64,000 nucleotides of DNA from Eledone cirrhosa (Eukaryota): positions 170,190,001 through 170,254,000 of the forward strand of contig OZ024742.1 of NCBI GenBank assembly GCA_964016885.1. Reading direction: 5' to 3'. Made by a program: the position numbers and the translations under genes. How positions within the stretch are numbered: the stretch's first letter is position 1; the number at the start of each line of letters is the position of its first letter. Below are positions 28,561 to 41,408 of this stretch, one piece after another. The notes under the pieces are model-generated. The model did not search any database and had not been told where the DNA came from. It saw nothing but the letters and a program-made list of their open reading frames with translations.

Positions 28561-28682
28561 TTCTGAGGACGGCATGTGTATGTGAAGGTATGTATATTTC
28601 CTCTGATAATTTGTAATATTTTTACATAGATCTATATGATATACATACCAACACACATACATCCAAGAAACGATCGTAAAAT
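28559..28682 (+). ncRNA. Type I hammerhead ribozyme motif with long stem II
   Basis: ATTT-CTGAGGA-CGGCATGTGTATGTG..GGTATGTATAT...ATATACATACC..CACATACATCCAA-GAAAC-GATC-GTA-AAAT; intact core, palindromic GATC helix III, GUA triplet; stem I only 4 bp. Confidence 0.68.
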
Positions 28683-28867
28683 AATGAATTTTTTAATATA
28701 AGGAACTTGTTCTTTGTTTTTATTTCATTGTTTTTATTAATTTATCTTGACTCTGTTTTCCTATAATTTTTATCGAAAATTTTTGAATGCATCTTCTCTT
28801 TTCATGATATTTGGATTACATTGAGTTCTTCATACGGATTGGACACTACCGTATATTTTGGTAGATT

Positions 28868-28930
<63 letters not shown>

Positions 28931-28933
28931 TTC

Positions 28934-28991
<58 letters not shown>

Positions 28992-29068
28992 ATAAGGTGT
29001 GGTAAAATACCAGGTTGATCATAACCCACCAGAGTACTCGATACTTGGGGTAGTAGAGAGGGTAATAT

Positions 29069-29192
29069 GAAAAGATTCAGGGTGCCGATGGCTGAGCTCC
29101 GGGCGTTTCGACAGCTAGTTCCGAACTAAGCTTGGTTCAGATCTAGCTATCGAAACAGTTGGAGCTCAGCTGTCAGGGTCCTGAATCTTTTC
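29069..29192. other. GC-rich 124-nt imperfect hairpin
   Basis: GAAAAGATTCAGG/CCTGAATCTTTTC, GCTGAGCTCC/GGAGCTCAGC, GTTTCGA/TCGAAAC, AGCTAG/CTAGCT pair in nested order. Confidence 0.85.
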
Positions 29193-29744
29193 TTGAGCGC
29201 GCGCACACACAATTAAAATTTTATACATTTAATATGTATGTACGACCTTAGGTTTTATCTCAATCTTCGTACTATACCCACCACTTTCTTTAGTAGCATT
29301 TTGGAGTAGTAGTTTGTTGGCCTAGGTATGTTCATATATCTCCATAATATTGATATATTGAAAATTATGCTTAAGTCTGAAGTGTGCTCAACTGTTGGGG
29401 CTACTATACCACAAAAATCCATGTCAGCAGCAATTCATATATGCAGGATATCTGTAGATAAAAGAGGTCAAGGAAAACAATGCATTGCCACTAAAAGGGT
29501 CTGACGAGCCGTGGATTACAGAGTCGGGCTAGATCGATGCAGATCGAACCTTTAGCTGTCACCAACCAATAAACGTAATGGAGTAAAAAAAAAAAAATAA
29601 ATAAAAAAAAAAGTTATTTACTATAATTAAAATTTCATACACTTACATATTAATTATACTAAAAAAGCTCTCTTGCAATAGATTGTGCCTTGTTTTCCTT
29701 GACTTTTTATCTGTGGCTATCCTGCATGCGCGCGCGCACACACA

Positions 29745-29775
<31 letters not shown>

Positions 29776-30660
29776 GGGAAACATACATAATATAGTAGTG
29801 ACGATGATGACACACACACATGCTCATATCTAAAAAACAACTTGGAATCATAATAGCAACTAAATTCTGTGAGAGAGTATGAAGAACATGATTGGGATGA
29901 GAGAAAAGAAATTTGTGATAATCCTTATCTATCATAGTTTTACTGAAAGATAAATAAGTTCATAAGATTTTCAGAAAGCAGATAATTTTTGGTGGCAGCT
30001 GTAAATAGCTGAATATTCTTATGTTGACTAAGTCAGCAAGGACATATCTTGCAACTAGTTTTTAAGCATGCTTGAAGGCTGTGAATTGGCAGAATTGTTA
30101 GGATGTTAGATTAACCCTTTAGCATTGAAACTGGCCAGAATTCCCTCACCTTTTTCTGTTCAAACCAGCCGTAACTGGCTGCTCGTACTTATGTTAAGGT
30201 ATTGTTTTCAAAATAAATATCAGAATCTTGTTGATTCAATATTATGTGAGATAAAGTCACGATGAAAATGCAATAGTAAATATAGAGTAATTATCATTAT
30301 CATCACTGTTTTACACCCATTCTTCCATGCTAGCATAGGTTAGACGAGTTGTCCTGTTGTGGGCAAAGCCAGGCCAGGTGACCGTGTCTTGCTCATGCAG
30401 AACTGATTTTGGCTTGGTTTCTACAGCTGGATGCCCTTCCTAGCGCCAACCTCATTTACAGTGAGTATTGGATGCATTTTACTGTGGCGCATACACGACC
30501 ATTTTACAGTGTGGACTGGGTTTTTTTTAAAGGGTTAAATGTCTTGGTATTTGTTTCAGCTCAACTGTACTCTGATTTCAAATCCTACACAAAGTCAACT
30601 TTGCCTTTCATCCTTTCAGGATCGTTAAAGTTCTGGTTCAGTGGTGATGGATTGACAGAA

Positions 30661-30917
30661 TTAACCCTTTTGATACCAAACCTCCTGAAACTACCCCTGG
30701 TTATACACTACAAAACTGCTTATTTTAAAGTGTTAATATTTATCTAAAAAAACTCCAATCATAATTTTATGTAAGAACCTTTAAGTTATACTCCGAACAC
30801 CAGCTTGATTAGAAATTTGGTAATACTAAATTCCTCCAAATTCTTGATTATTTTTGAAATTATTTGAAAACTATAGGCCGTGGTTTTCTTTAGAAGTATG
30901 GTAATGAAAGGATTTAA
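30661..30917. mobile_element. TTAA-CCC-terminated MITE-like dispersed repeat
   Basis: TTAACCCTTTTGATACCAAA ... GGTAATGAAAGGATTTAA; further copies at ~53530-54215, 54385-54690, 59780-60200. Confidence 0.6.
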
Positions 30918-33228
30918 GCGTTGGATAGGATCCTTTGGTGTATCTAATCAGGCTCTGTACATTCTGAGTTCAAATCCCACCATTGTTTTATTGGTCAGAT
31001 CTAATGATTGGCTCCTTTCTTTTGCCAGGTTGACAGATAGTATGAACCATGGAAAGACTAATGGAAGCATTGTTTCCTTACTCAGATCTAATGATCAGCT
31101 CTAATGAGGTTCCCTCAATGTTGTGCTTTTTAATATACAATTATTGGAGAAGCCTTTATCTAGTTTGCTTATATTTACTATTTAAAGAAGTATAAATTTA
31201 AAGTAATATAGTTGTGGATGAGTGGTTAAGAAGTTTGACCCAGAATTATAAGACGGTGAGTTCAATCCCACTTAATGGCATCTTGGGAAACTGCCTTTAT
31301 GATTGACTGGGGTGTATCCAAACCTGGAAAGTGACATTGGAGAGACGGAAGCTGTGTAGAAGTTAGTCAGGTAGATTGTACCTATAACTAAAAGGTCCAG
31401 TTTGTCTCACATATTGTGTCACATTGATTCAGCTTGGGAATTTTGTTACAGATGCATGTGTCTGTGGAATATACAACCATTTATACTTTAATACAAGATG
31501 GATTGTACTTGTAATTAAAAGGTTCAACTTTGTCACATATCATGTCACACTGATGCAACTTGGGAATTATGTTACAGCTGCACACATTTCTGAAATAAAT
31601 ACACAGCCACTTATCATCATCATCTTTGTTTTAACATTCACTTTCTCATGCTAGCAAAGGTTGGACAGGTCTACATTAATTCAACAAGTTGGATGTTCAG
31701 TTAATCAATGTTCTATGTAGAAACTGACATAATCCATCATTATAAATGAAAAATATGTGTTGCTTTTTGGTTTGATACTTCTTGATCATAAGGTTGTGGT
31801 ATAGTTAAACTATATGCAAAAAACAACAAACTGATTTGTTGAATTGTAATTTATTGGATGACAAACATTGACAAACGTAAGAAAGAGAAATCTACTCCTG
31901 AAGTTCAGATCTTGTTACCCACCTCACTGGAAGTCAGTTTTTCTGCTGCCCAGTCCAATAACAAGTTTGCAGTAAAGGAACACTGCCAACAGCTCATCTT
32001 TTACAAGCTCATGAGCAATGCTCTGCACTGGGTGACACATTGCCAACTTGATTAGGATGCTTCATTTCATGTTGCTTTTCATGATAGGGCTATTAAAACA
32101 CCAAGAAATCTTATATGAGATGCAATCAGCTAAATCAGCATAGCATTTCATGACAGGACTGGATCCTTTTTATCATTACAACTCCCAAGAAACCTATTAT
32201 AAGATGCAACATTGTAGAAGGCCAGCTAAACTTGCACAGATATGAACTGTAAATTTGATTTCATTTCAAGATGGCAGAATGGGAACAGTAAATATTTAAA
32301 TAGTCGATGTTGAGTTAGATTTAGTAAATAGTAGCATTAAGATAATTCTCTCATATTGCTAGAATTGTTATATATAGCATCATGTACATTAGCTTTTGGC
32401 TTAGTTTTTGGCAGTTCATCTACTCCTCATTTCTGTCCCTGAATGGTGGGCTTTCCTCCAATTCTGCATTTTTGGTGTGTATACATGAATGTATGTGTGA
32501 GAGAGATGAAGAGAGAGAGAATGCATGTCAATGTGTGTGAAAATTGATTTTAGTGTGTATGTGAGAAAATGTATGAGTGTATGTATGAAACTGTCAGTGT
32601 GTGTGCATGTGTAAGGAATCAATAAAATTTGCAAAATAAAATTAGTTTGTGTGTCATGAAGGAGGAAGTTCTGATGTGTTTTAGACAGAAACCCCCTCTC
32701 CTGAACTTCACACATATTAATTAGCACTAGCACGGTGTGATTCAGAATAAAGGCATATATAGACCAATATACAATGTTTCATCATCATTTTCCATGCTGA
32801 CATAGGCATAATAAACATACTTATCTGTGAATATTTTAACAATTTTTATATCAATCCAGTCAAATCCAGTTTTGGTTCTCACAAACTAAACCTCTCATTT
32901 CAAAGGGTTCTAATTTAAATTAAAATCTTCTAACATGATTTTATATAAGAACCATATGTTAAGTTACTATTTTTGTAATGAAAGGATTAATAATTTTAGA
33001 AGATCCTTCAAAATTATTAATCAATTACCATATTTCCCGTTGTTGAAGACTCTTCACCCCCGAGGAAGCACCCCAATTTTGACATCAAAAAGATTTTTAA
33101 AAAAATAAACAAACATAAAAATAAGTCTTATTATTAATATTTACTGGTAAACCCTTTTAACGTACTGCAGTTTTACTTGTTTTGTCACTTCGTAATGTTC
33201 CCTTAAAATCAGGTTGTTTGAAGAGAGT

Positions 33229-33412
33229 AATAATTGTTTCTACGTTAGGCACAAGGCCAGCAATTACCCAGTGCATTACTGGTACTTTATTTTATCGACC
33301 CCGTAAGGATGAAAGGCAAAGTTAACCTCGGCGGGATTTGAACTCAGAATGGCAAGAGCCGTAACTCTATACGTCAAAGCATGGCGTCCGACCCTCTCCC
33401 AACACTGCCAAT
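33229..33412 (-). mobile_element. Young SINE copy
   Basis: Similarity to 11729-11913. Confidence 0.88.
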
Positions 33413-34643
33413 AATACTGTCAATATTGATAGACATGTAAAAATATCACTTGTCAATTGCCTCATCTACCATACTCTGCTCGTATGGGAATGGATTTTTG
33501 GAATTGCGTTGATATATTTAAAATTTATTTTATGATACTTTTATTTATTTACTACTTGAACTAAGTATAATTTATACACTTCATTGAGAGGTCATATACA
33601 GGAGTTCAGATTACTGTCTAGCATAGATAATTATCTTCTGGGGTTAGGACATGCCCATGAGAAAATGAACCTTTGGCCTCCAAGAGGCATGGTAGATTTT
33701 CTAGACTTATTTTAGAAAAATACAGTAATTTTATTAGAGATGGATGGGTTGTCACATGCAGAGTTAGTACTCATGTGGAACTACTAACTTCTATTGAGTG
33801 TATTTTATTGAGGGAGGTTGACATGTCTTTGACACAACTGAAGAGTCCTCCCCATTCTTTGTTTGGCTGGTTTGTTACATCTGGATGCTCTTCTTATCAA
33901 CCACTTTACAGAGTATACTGGTTGTGTTTATCATGTTGATCACCGACTCTAAGGAGGCTGTCATATCTTTGACATATCTGAAGTTTCCTACATTTTGTAA
34001 ATTATTTCATTTTTTCATTATTTGTTTCCTAGATTAATGGAAGAATTGTTTATGAATTTGAAATATGAATGGAGAGACCTGCTGAGAATTCTGCTTCTAA
34101 GGGAGAGATTTCTGTTGATATTTCTTCTAAATGCTCTACTGCAAACTAGAGCTAATTAAAATCTTTAAAAATTGTAGTGAAATGTGTAATTTCTTAGTGT
34201 CAGCTCTGTCAAGGCTACATGTTTCTTTTATATTTTATAGGCAGCAGTTTGAAATATTTTTTTATGGTTGTTGTTATGTTGATTTTTTTTATAGCTATGA
34301 ATTAGATGTAGAGATATGACCTCGGTTGGGGTGGGGGTAGCAATGTTTAATTGGGGGGTATTTTTAGAAGGTCAAATGACAGTAAAATTCTGGAGTAATT
34401 AATCTAAGACCTTTTGGTTTTAATTACTGAAATATGCAGGGCAGCAGGAAGTTGCTTGACACTTAACTGAACTTTACTAAATAATTTCAGTCTGTTTGGT
34501 AGATGATACACTGAAAATGAGGTGCATCTTCAAACTCTTCTCTGATTTTATATATATATCATCGTATTCATTTTAATGTCTATTTTCCCTGGTAGCTAGG
34601 GTCAAACAAATATATGTATATATATATATATATATATATGATA

Positions 34644-34720
34644 TACAAGGTCTCTTAAAAGTCACTATCTGTTTTTGAATAGCAATAATTACACCACAAT
34701 GATAACTTTTGAGACACAGT
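34644..34720. mobile_element. ~80-bp Tc1/mariner-type mini-MITE
   Basis: Degenerate TIR AAAAGTCACTATC / GATAACTTTTGAGACAC; second copy 37847-37926. Confidence 0.55.
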
Positions 34721-36176
34721 GTGTGTGTGTGTGTGTGTGTGTGTTTCTCTCTCTCTCTCTCTATCAGCAGAATTTGCACACATGACAAATGACAGATGCA
34801 TCCTTACATTACCTTGTTGGTAGTGCAGTTTCACACATTATGAAGGTACTGCACTTGTGATACCAGTTTACACAACAGGTCAAATAATCTGTTCGTAAGA
34901 GGTGTAAGACAGTAAAGAAAAACAAAAAACAAAAATGGGTAATAAAATTTACAGTAATTTTTTGACAAAAAAAAAGGATAAATATGTACAAAATTATGAT
35001 TAGAAATAATTGGACAACAGACAGTGCATGTATATGTACCTCACAGGATGATGGCTTCTGTCTACCAAATTTCACTTACAATGAATTGGTAAGCCCTAGG
35101 CTAATGTAGAAGACATTCACTCAATGTGTTGTGCAGCAGGGATGAACCCAGAACTAGTTTTATGGCAAAGAAACTAAACTACTAATAAGAAACAAGGGAG
35201 AGATAACTAGAATATCTGACATCAGGGAGGGAATATTTTCAGAATTTGTCCCAGTGCTCATTTCAAATCCTGCTGAGGTCAATTGAAAACAAACAAAAAT
35301 CTCATTGTCATTCACTCATCATGAATTATTTCACTAATTTAGTAAACCTGGGCAGACTTTTCTCTGTAATTTATTTATTCAATTTTTTATATTTTTTTTT
35401 CATCTTTCACGAAAGGTCCCATCCTCCCCCTCATTATCATAAACATCATTTTATGTCTATTTTTCCTTGTTGGCCTGTGTTGTCCTCTTAGGTAGGTCAG
35501 GGAACTAAGTCTCACTTAGTACATTTCATTTCTGGCATAGTTCCAATGGCTGGATGCCCTTCCTAATGCCAACCACTTTACAGTGTTTCCTGGATGCATT
35601 TATTTGTGGCAGCAGGTTTATATTTTTAAATTTAATATTAATTGTTACTATATTTTTAATGAAATACATTGTCTATATATATTTCAATTAATTTTGAAAA
35701 TAAAATCTTTGAGGAATACAATAAAATAAACTTTTTCATTAATAAGTTGGTGTTTATATAGTCACTTAAAAATTTCTTAAGAGAAATTATGGTGGGAAGT
35801 TTTAATATGAGTATGTATCTGGTTTAGAACAGATACACCTTATTCCCGCATGTAGTAAGAAGTGATTAATAGGGTTAGCCTCGGGAAAGGCATCTGGCTC
35901 TAAAACATTAACTGAAAAAATCCTGTTCAACCAATGCCAGCATGTAAAAGTTGACATAAAAATGCTGAATATTTTAACATGGACAGATTTGGATGGGTTG
36001 CTATCAAGAGTTAACATGTTATTATAGAACTGAAATAAATATATTAAAAATGTTTGCAATTAACTGAAGGCCATTTTCCACTTGTATTTTTCAGACTACC
36101 GATGAGTTTGTAAAGAGACATCTTAATAAAATCAGTGTCAGAGCAGCAGTAGTGGTGGCCACATCAACAGCTCACC

Positions 36177-36401
36177 ATGGCAGCTTTAAACAAAGAACTA
36201 TATGGTTTTCTGATTGATGCTGAACTTGAGCACTATTACAGTGCTCTAAAAAATGAGCTGAAAATATCCAGTCTGGCACATCTAAAGTATGTCCGAGACG
36301 AAGACCTTATAAATGTTGGCATGACTAAGCCAGAAATGCGTAGATTTAAGAAATACTACAAGAAAGAACTACCACAAGGAACCATTGGCAAGATTAAGAA
36401 G
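36177..36401 (+). CDS. Ack-like: First coding exon of Ack-like/PR2 (TNK2 family) non-receptor tyrosine kinase, N-terminal SAM domain
   Basis: MAALNKELYGFLIDAELEHYYSALKNELKISSLAHLKYVRDEDLINVGMTKPEMRRFKKYYKKELPQGTIGKIKK resembles the SAM domain of insect Ack-like/PR2 (recognised from memory); acceptor TTTTTCAG ends 36094, Kozak CACCATGG, in-frame upstream stop, donor AAG|GTGAGT at 36401/36402 (phase 0). Confidence 0.85.
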
Positions 36402-36544
36402 GTGAGTACTGAATATATATGTATATATATATATATTGTAACAACTTTATTTTATGGTTTATGCCTGAAATTGTGCTTTCAATATACTCAGGGTTACATA
36501 AAAACATAAACCTTATTAAAATATGATGGGTACAGTAATGTACA

Positions 36545-37075
36545 TCATCATCATCATCAGCATACATTAGCTTTTCCCTGCTTGCAAGGGTGGGATGGGT
36601 CCTCTTCAGCACATCATCTCACAGTTCTTTGTCAGCTCACACCACTTCCTCCCATATTTTCCATAGTCTTCTTCCTCTACTGCGTCATCATTCATGCGCA
36701 TCACATGGTCATACATACCAACGCAGTCTTCTCTTCTGCACAATATTAAAATATGGACATATATTCTCCTCTTTGTCTCAATTTGGCTATAAGAAGCAAA
36801 TCATCTGCATAGAAAATTTCCCATGGACAACCAGTTTTAAACTCCTCTCTTATGGCCTGGAGAATATGATGAACAGCAGTAGGCTAAGAACCAAACCTTA
36901 CCTGTATCTTGAATTCCTCACTAAACTCACTTCCTACTTTCACGTTACTGACAGCTCATCAGTACATAGTTTGCACTGCTCTCACAAGCCATTTTTCGAC
37001 ACCTAATTTCCTTTAGGATCACCAGATAATGGATTAAGGTACTCTGTCAAAGGCCTGTTCTTGATCAATATATAT
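36545..37075 (-). mobile_element. Old internally deleted RTE remnant
   Basis: Minus strand ID.E.AFDRVP*SIIW..RKLGVEKWLVRAVQTMY at ~36960-37075 matches RT of the 7915-10380 ORF; (CAT)n tail at ~36545. Confidence 0.65.
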
Positions 37076-37500
37076 ACTAAAGTTGCATACAAATTAAAAT
37101 GAAATATGTGAGTTGAATGAATAAAAGCATTTATCTTCCTCATCACTCACTTCCTGGGCAATACAATTTTGTGCATAAGAGTGATACTGCATAATATTGA
37201 GCCGGGGTTGCATAATGGCTTAGAACAAACCTCCGGAAAGATGCATGTGAGACGACACAATAACATAGAAACAGGGAACAAGTTAGTGCCTTTTGATTAA
37301 GACATCTAAGCGAAACTGGGAAACTGTACAGGACACAGTGCAGACAAGTTGTGCTAATGGTTTCACCGGAAGGAGCGAAACATAAAAGGACTTTCGTCAA
37401 AAAGGAGGGGGTGGGGGAAAGAGTGTTGTCATGCTGGCAAATACACAGTTTAAATATATTACATATATGCGCACACAAACACACATCCACACACACACAT

Positions 37501-37575
<75 letters not shown>

Positions 37576-37846
37576 TATATATATTCTCTGTTTAAAGAGT
37601 TAGTTAATCCATGAAAAATTTATTTGTACTAAGTCACACTTAGCATTCAATGTAGATATCACTAATTTATAGTGGTATGATAATTTTATAGTAAGCTAGC
37701 TATCTATGGATTATAACTGTACAGGAATTGAGGAGAAATAGACACAAGATTATATTTCAATACTTTACTATGTGGATATAACCTCCTGTCTTTGTCTCAA
37801 TTCCTCTCTCTCTTTCTCTCTCTCTGTGAAAATGTACACACACACA

Positions 37847-37926
37847 CAGGATGTCTCAAAGGTCACTATCTATTTTGTACAGCAATAAGTACATTGAAAT
37901 ATATAGTGACTTTTGAGACACCCCGT
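37847..37926. mobile_element. ~80-bp Tc1/mariner-type mini-MITE
   Basis: TIR CAGGATGTCTCAAAGGTCACTAT / ATAGTGACTTTTGAGACACCCCG. Confidence 0.65.
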
Positions 37927-38422
37927 GTGTGTGTGCGCGCACATACACACACACACATACATACAGACTTACACACAGTTCATTGTTTCTGAGGAAGATG
38001 GTGAGATAATAAATAGGTGGTGAAGATATCGATTTATCATGATCAATCAACCCTCTGAAATGATCGTAAAATAGTGAACTAATTAAGAACCTTATCTTTG
38101 CCTTCTTTTTTTTGTTTTGTTCAAAACACACACAACCTATATAAACTACCAAAATGCTTGGTAATATGAAATTCTAATTCGAAAATGTAAGAATCCCAAA
38201 TGTAGGAAAAACTGCAACAGTTGTTTGCTATGAAAAAAAATGCAAAAAGTCGAATACTTTGTAGCAGCTACTGGCCACATTTTCCCATCCATAGGGGTAT
38301 TTTACCCAAATTTCTAGGCTATTATTTATAGTAATTGACTATTGTTACAGTCTTTCCTGCATGTGGGATTCCTAATTTTCTCAAAAGAATATATGTATGA
38401 CTGTAACTGTTGTTACACACCT

Positions 38423-38473
<51 letters not shown>

Positions 38474-39079
38474 ATAAATATAAATTTGGCTTGTCGGGTT
38501 TTGACATTTCCTATTTTTATTATAGCAGATAGCAAATAATGAGTGTGTAGATTTATTCAGGTTTGTTCAGGTTCCCACATCCCATCCATCCTGCTTCCAG
38601 AAATTAACCTTCATTTCTTTTATAACACTGCCTTTCTATTGGCTGAGATAGTCAATAGATAGATAAATAGATAAATTCTCTGGTCTGATAATATCGCTGC
38701 TGCAGTTGATATTTATTTAGTCCCAATCACTAGTCCAATGCTGTTGCTTCTTTTCACTGAGAGACGTGGATTTCATTAACCTAGTCGTTTAGTCAAGGAA
38801 TTAATTAACCAAATCGTTTTATCAAGGAATTAATTAACTAAGGCATTTAGTTAAGAATTAACTTTAATGCTATTCAGATGAAAAGTTTTTAGTTGAAATC
38901 TAATTTATTGGCTACATAAGTTTCGTGATGGACACCCTAAGGCGATATTATACCTTGGGTAGAGAATACCCTCCAAATGCCTTCAACAAATTCAGAAAGG
39001 TTAGTTCTCTTAAATGTTTCTTTTACGTTTATCTTATTTTATTTCTTATGATTTTATAATTTATCTTTGAAATTTTAGC

Positions 39080-39800
39080 GAAGGCATGTGGCCTAGTGTT
39101 TAGGGTGTTGGGCTCATGATCATTGTCATTCATGAATCCATTTCCTGGTCTGGTTGGTATGTTGTATTAATTTTAGATTGCTTTTCATGATCGGACTGGG
39201 GGCCCCCTATCATTAAACCGCCTGAGAAACAACTCTGTAAGAGGCCAGCTAAATCTACATAGGTGTCAGCTGAGAGAACTGAGAGAACAACAACATGAGA
39301 GAACTGAGGCCCCTATCATTAAAACACCCAAGAAACAACTCTGTAGAAGGCCAGCTAAATCTACATAGGTGTGTATAACAATAACTGTTTCTACTTTAGG
39401 CACAAGGCCAGCAATTACCAGTGCATTACTGGTACTTTATTTTATCGACCCCGTAAGGATGAAAGGCAAAGTCAACCTCGGCGGGATTTGAACTCAGATG
39501 GTAAAGGGACGTAACTATGCTGGAAAGCATGGCGTCCGACCCTCTACCGATACTGCCAATCCACCGGTGTGTATAACAATAACTTCAGCGGAATAGGACT
39601 GGGGCCTCTTATCATTAAAGCCACCCCAGAAATATCCTATGAAATGCAAACTCGTAGGAGGCCAACTAAGCCTATTTAGTTGTGAAAGGTAACAACAACA
39701 GGATGAGAGAACTTGGGCCCCTATCCTTAAAACACTCGAAAATCCTTCTATAAGATGCAACCCCATAGGAGGCCAGCTAAACCTGCATAGTAGGAAGCTG
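39080..39800 (+). mobile_element. tRNA-headed SINE-like element with tandem ~105-bp tail units
   Basis: Head GGCATGTGGCCTAGTGTTTAGGG then repeated GGACTGGGG..CCTATCATTAAA...GGCCAGCTAAA units; interrupted by a young SINE. Confidence 0.6.
39387..39565 (-). mobile_element. Young SINE copy with 19-bp TSD
   Basis: TSD GGTGTGTATAACAATAACT at 39368-39386 and 39566-39584. Confidence 0.92.
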
Positions 39801-40007
39801 TATATTTATATATTTTTCCTATATCTTTGATCAAAGTATACTGCAAATCTATTTCAGAGTGCTCCCATTTATTTTTATTTATTTATTTTATTTTAGTGGT
39901 GTTGGTATTCATGGTGTTATCTGCTGGTTGTTATCAGGGATTTAGTTACCATACTTTATCTGTTCTGCTACAGAAAATATATGGGAAAAATATATTATTT
40001 TTATTCT

Positions 40008-40395
40008 TTTACTAGTTTCAGTCACCAGATTGCAGCCATGCTGGGGCACTGCTTTCATATATTGTTGATCTTATCACACACCCATTTATTTTTTACTAGT
40101 TTCAGTCACCAGAATGTGGCCATGCTGGGGCACTGCCTTGATATATTGTTCATCATATCACACACCCAGTTTATATTTTTTTTACTGGTTTCACTCACCA
40201 GACTGCGGTCATGCTGGGGTACTTCCTTGATATATTGATGATCATATCACACCCCGGTTTTTTTCTTTTTTACTAGTTTCAGTCACCAGACCATATCCGT
40301 GCTGGGGCACTGCCTTGATATATTAATTATATCACATTCCAGTTTATTCTTTTACGAGTATCTGTCATCAGACTGCGGTCATGCTGGGGCACTGG
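40008..40395. repeat. ~85-bp tandem repeat, 5 copies
   Basis: TTTACTAGTTTCAGTCACCAGA..GGCCATGCTGGGGCACTGC units. Confidence 0.85.
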
Positions 40396-40772
40396 CAAGA
40401 TAGTTAAATTTTTTCTAGTTTGGTGCTATTTTTATCTTTCCCTTTTTTTGGTCAAACCAAGAAGTTAACAGGATATAATCACACACAAACATGAACACAG
40501 AATCACGCACACATGTATATATCATCATCATCATCGTCATATTTTAATATTCGCTTTCCCTGCCAGCAAGGGTTGGATGGGTCTATATAGACCAAGTCCA
40601 TACTGAAGCAGAGCCACTGATCTCCCAAGCAAGCCAGAGATCTGTGTCTCGCTTATGTACGGTTATGTTCCATCGAGTGCTCAGGAAGAGGTTGTCATGT
40701 CTTTGGCACAACTGAGGGCCTTTGCAACTCTTTGTTTGGCAAGATTTCTGCCAAACAAAGAGTTGCAAAGGC

Positions 40773-40965
40773 GCCACGAAAAAGCATCCAGCACTCACTG
40801 TAAATGAGGTTGGTGTTAGGAAGGGCATCCAGCTGTAGAAATCAAGCCAAATCAGTTCCTGTATGAGCAAGGCATGGTCAGCCGACCAGACACTGCCCAC
40901 AACAGGACAACCCGTCTAACCCATGCTAGCGTGGAAGAACGGACGTAAAACGGTGATGATGATGA
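40773..40965 (+). mobile_element. RTE 3'-UTR end fragment with (GAT)n tail
   Basis: Near-identical to ~27964-28168. Confidence 0.85.
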
Positions 40966-41239
40966 TATATATATATATATACACATATATATATATATGT
41001 GTATATATATTTGTGTATATACATATATATATGTATGTATATATGTATGTATATATGTATGTATATATGTATGTATATATGTATGTATATATATGTATAT
41101 ATATGTATATATATATATATGTATATATGTATATGTATATATGTATGTATATATGTATATATGTATGTATATATGTATATATATATGTATATATGTATAT
41201 ATATGTATATATGTATATATATATGTATATATGTATATA

Positions 41240-41273
<34 letters not shown>

Positions 41274-41359
41274 TATATATATATATATATATGTGTATAT
41301 ATGTATATGTATATATATATATGTATATGTATATATGTATATATGTATATGTATATATG

Positions 41360-41408
<49 letters not shown>

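Larger units (their letters stand above)
28374..28745. repeat. Spacerless 372-bp palindrome
   Basis: Centre between 28559 and 28560 (GAAA|TTTC); arms complementary with a single mismatch seen (28543/28576). Confidence 0.95.

Noticed and set aside
34010-34110. Possible 5'-UTR exon after TTTCCTAG
   Set aside because: Acceptor-like only; no clear donor or other support
36402-36509. C-terminal 35 aa of the 110-aa track ORF
   Set aside because: Read-through into the intron past the GTGAGT donor
40008-40395. Repeat-spacer-like array
   Set aside because: The intervening parts are homologous to one another; it is a diverged tandem repeat
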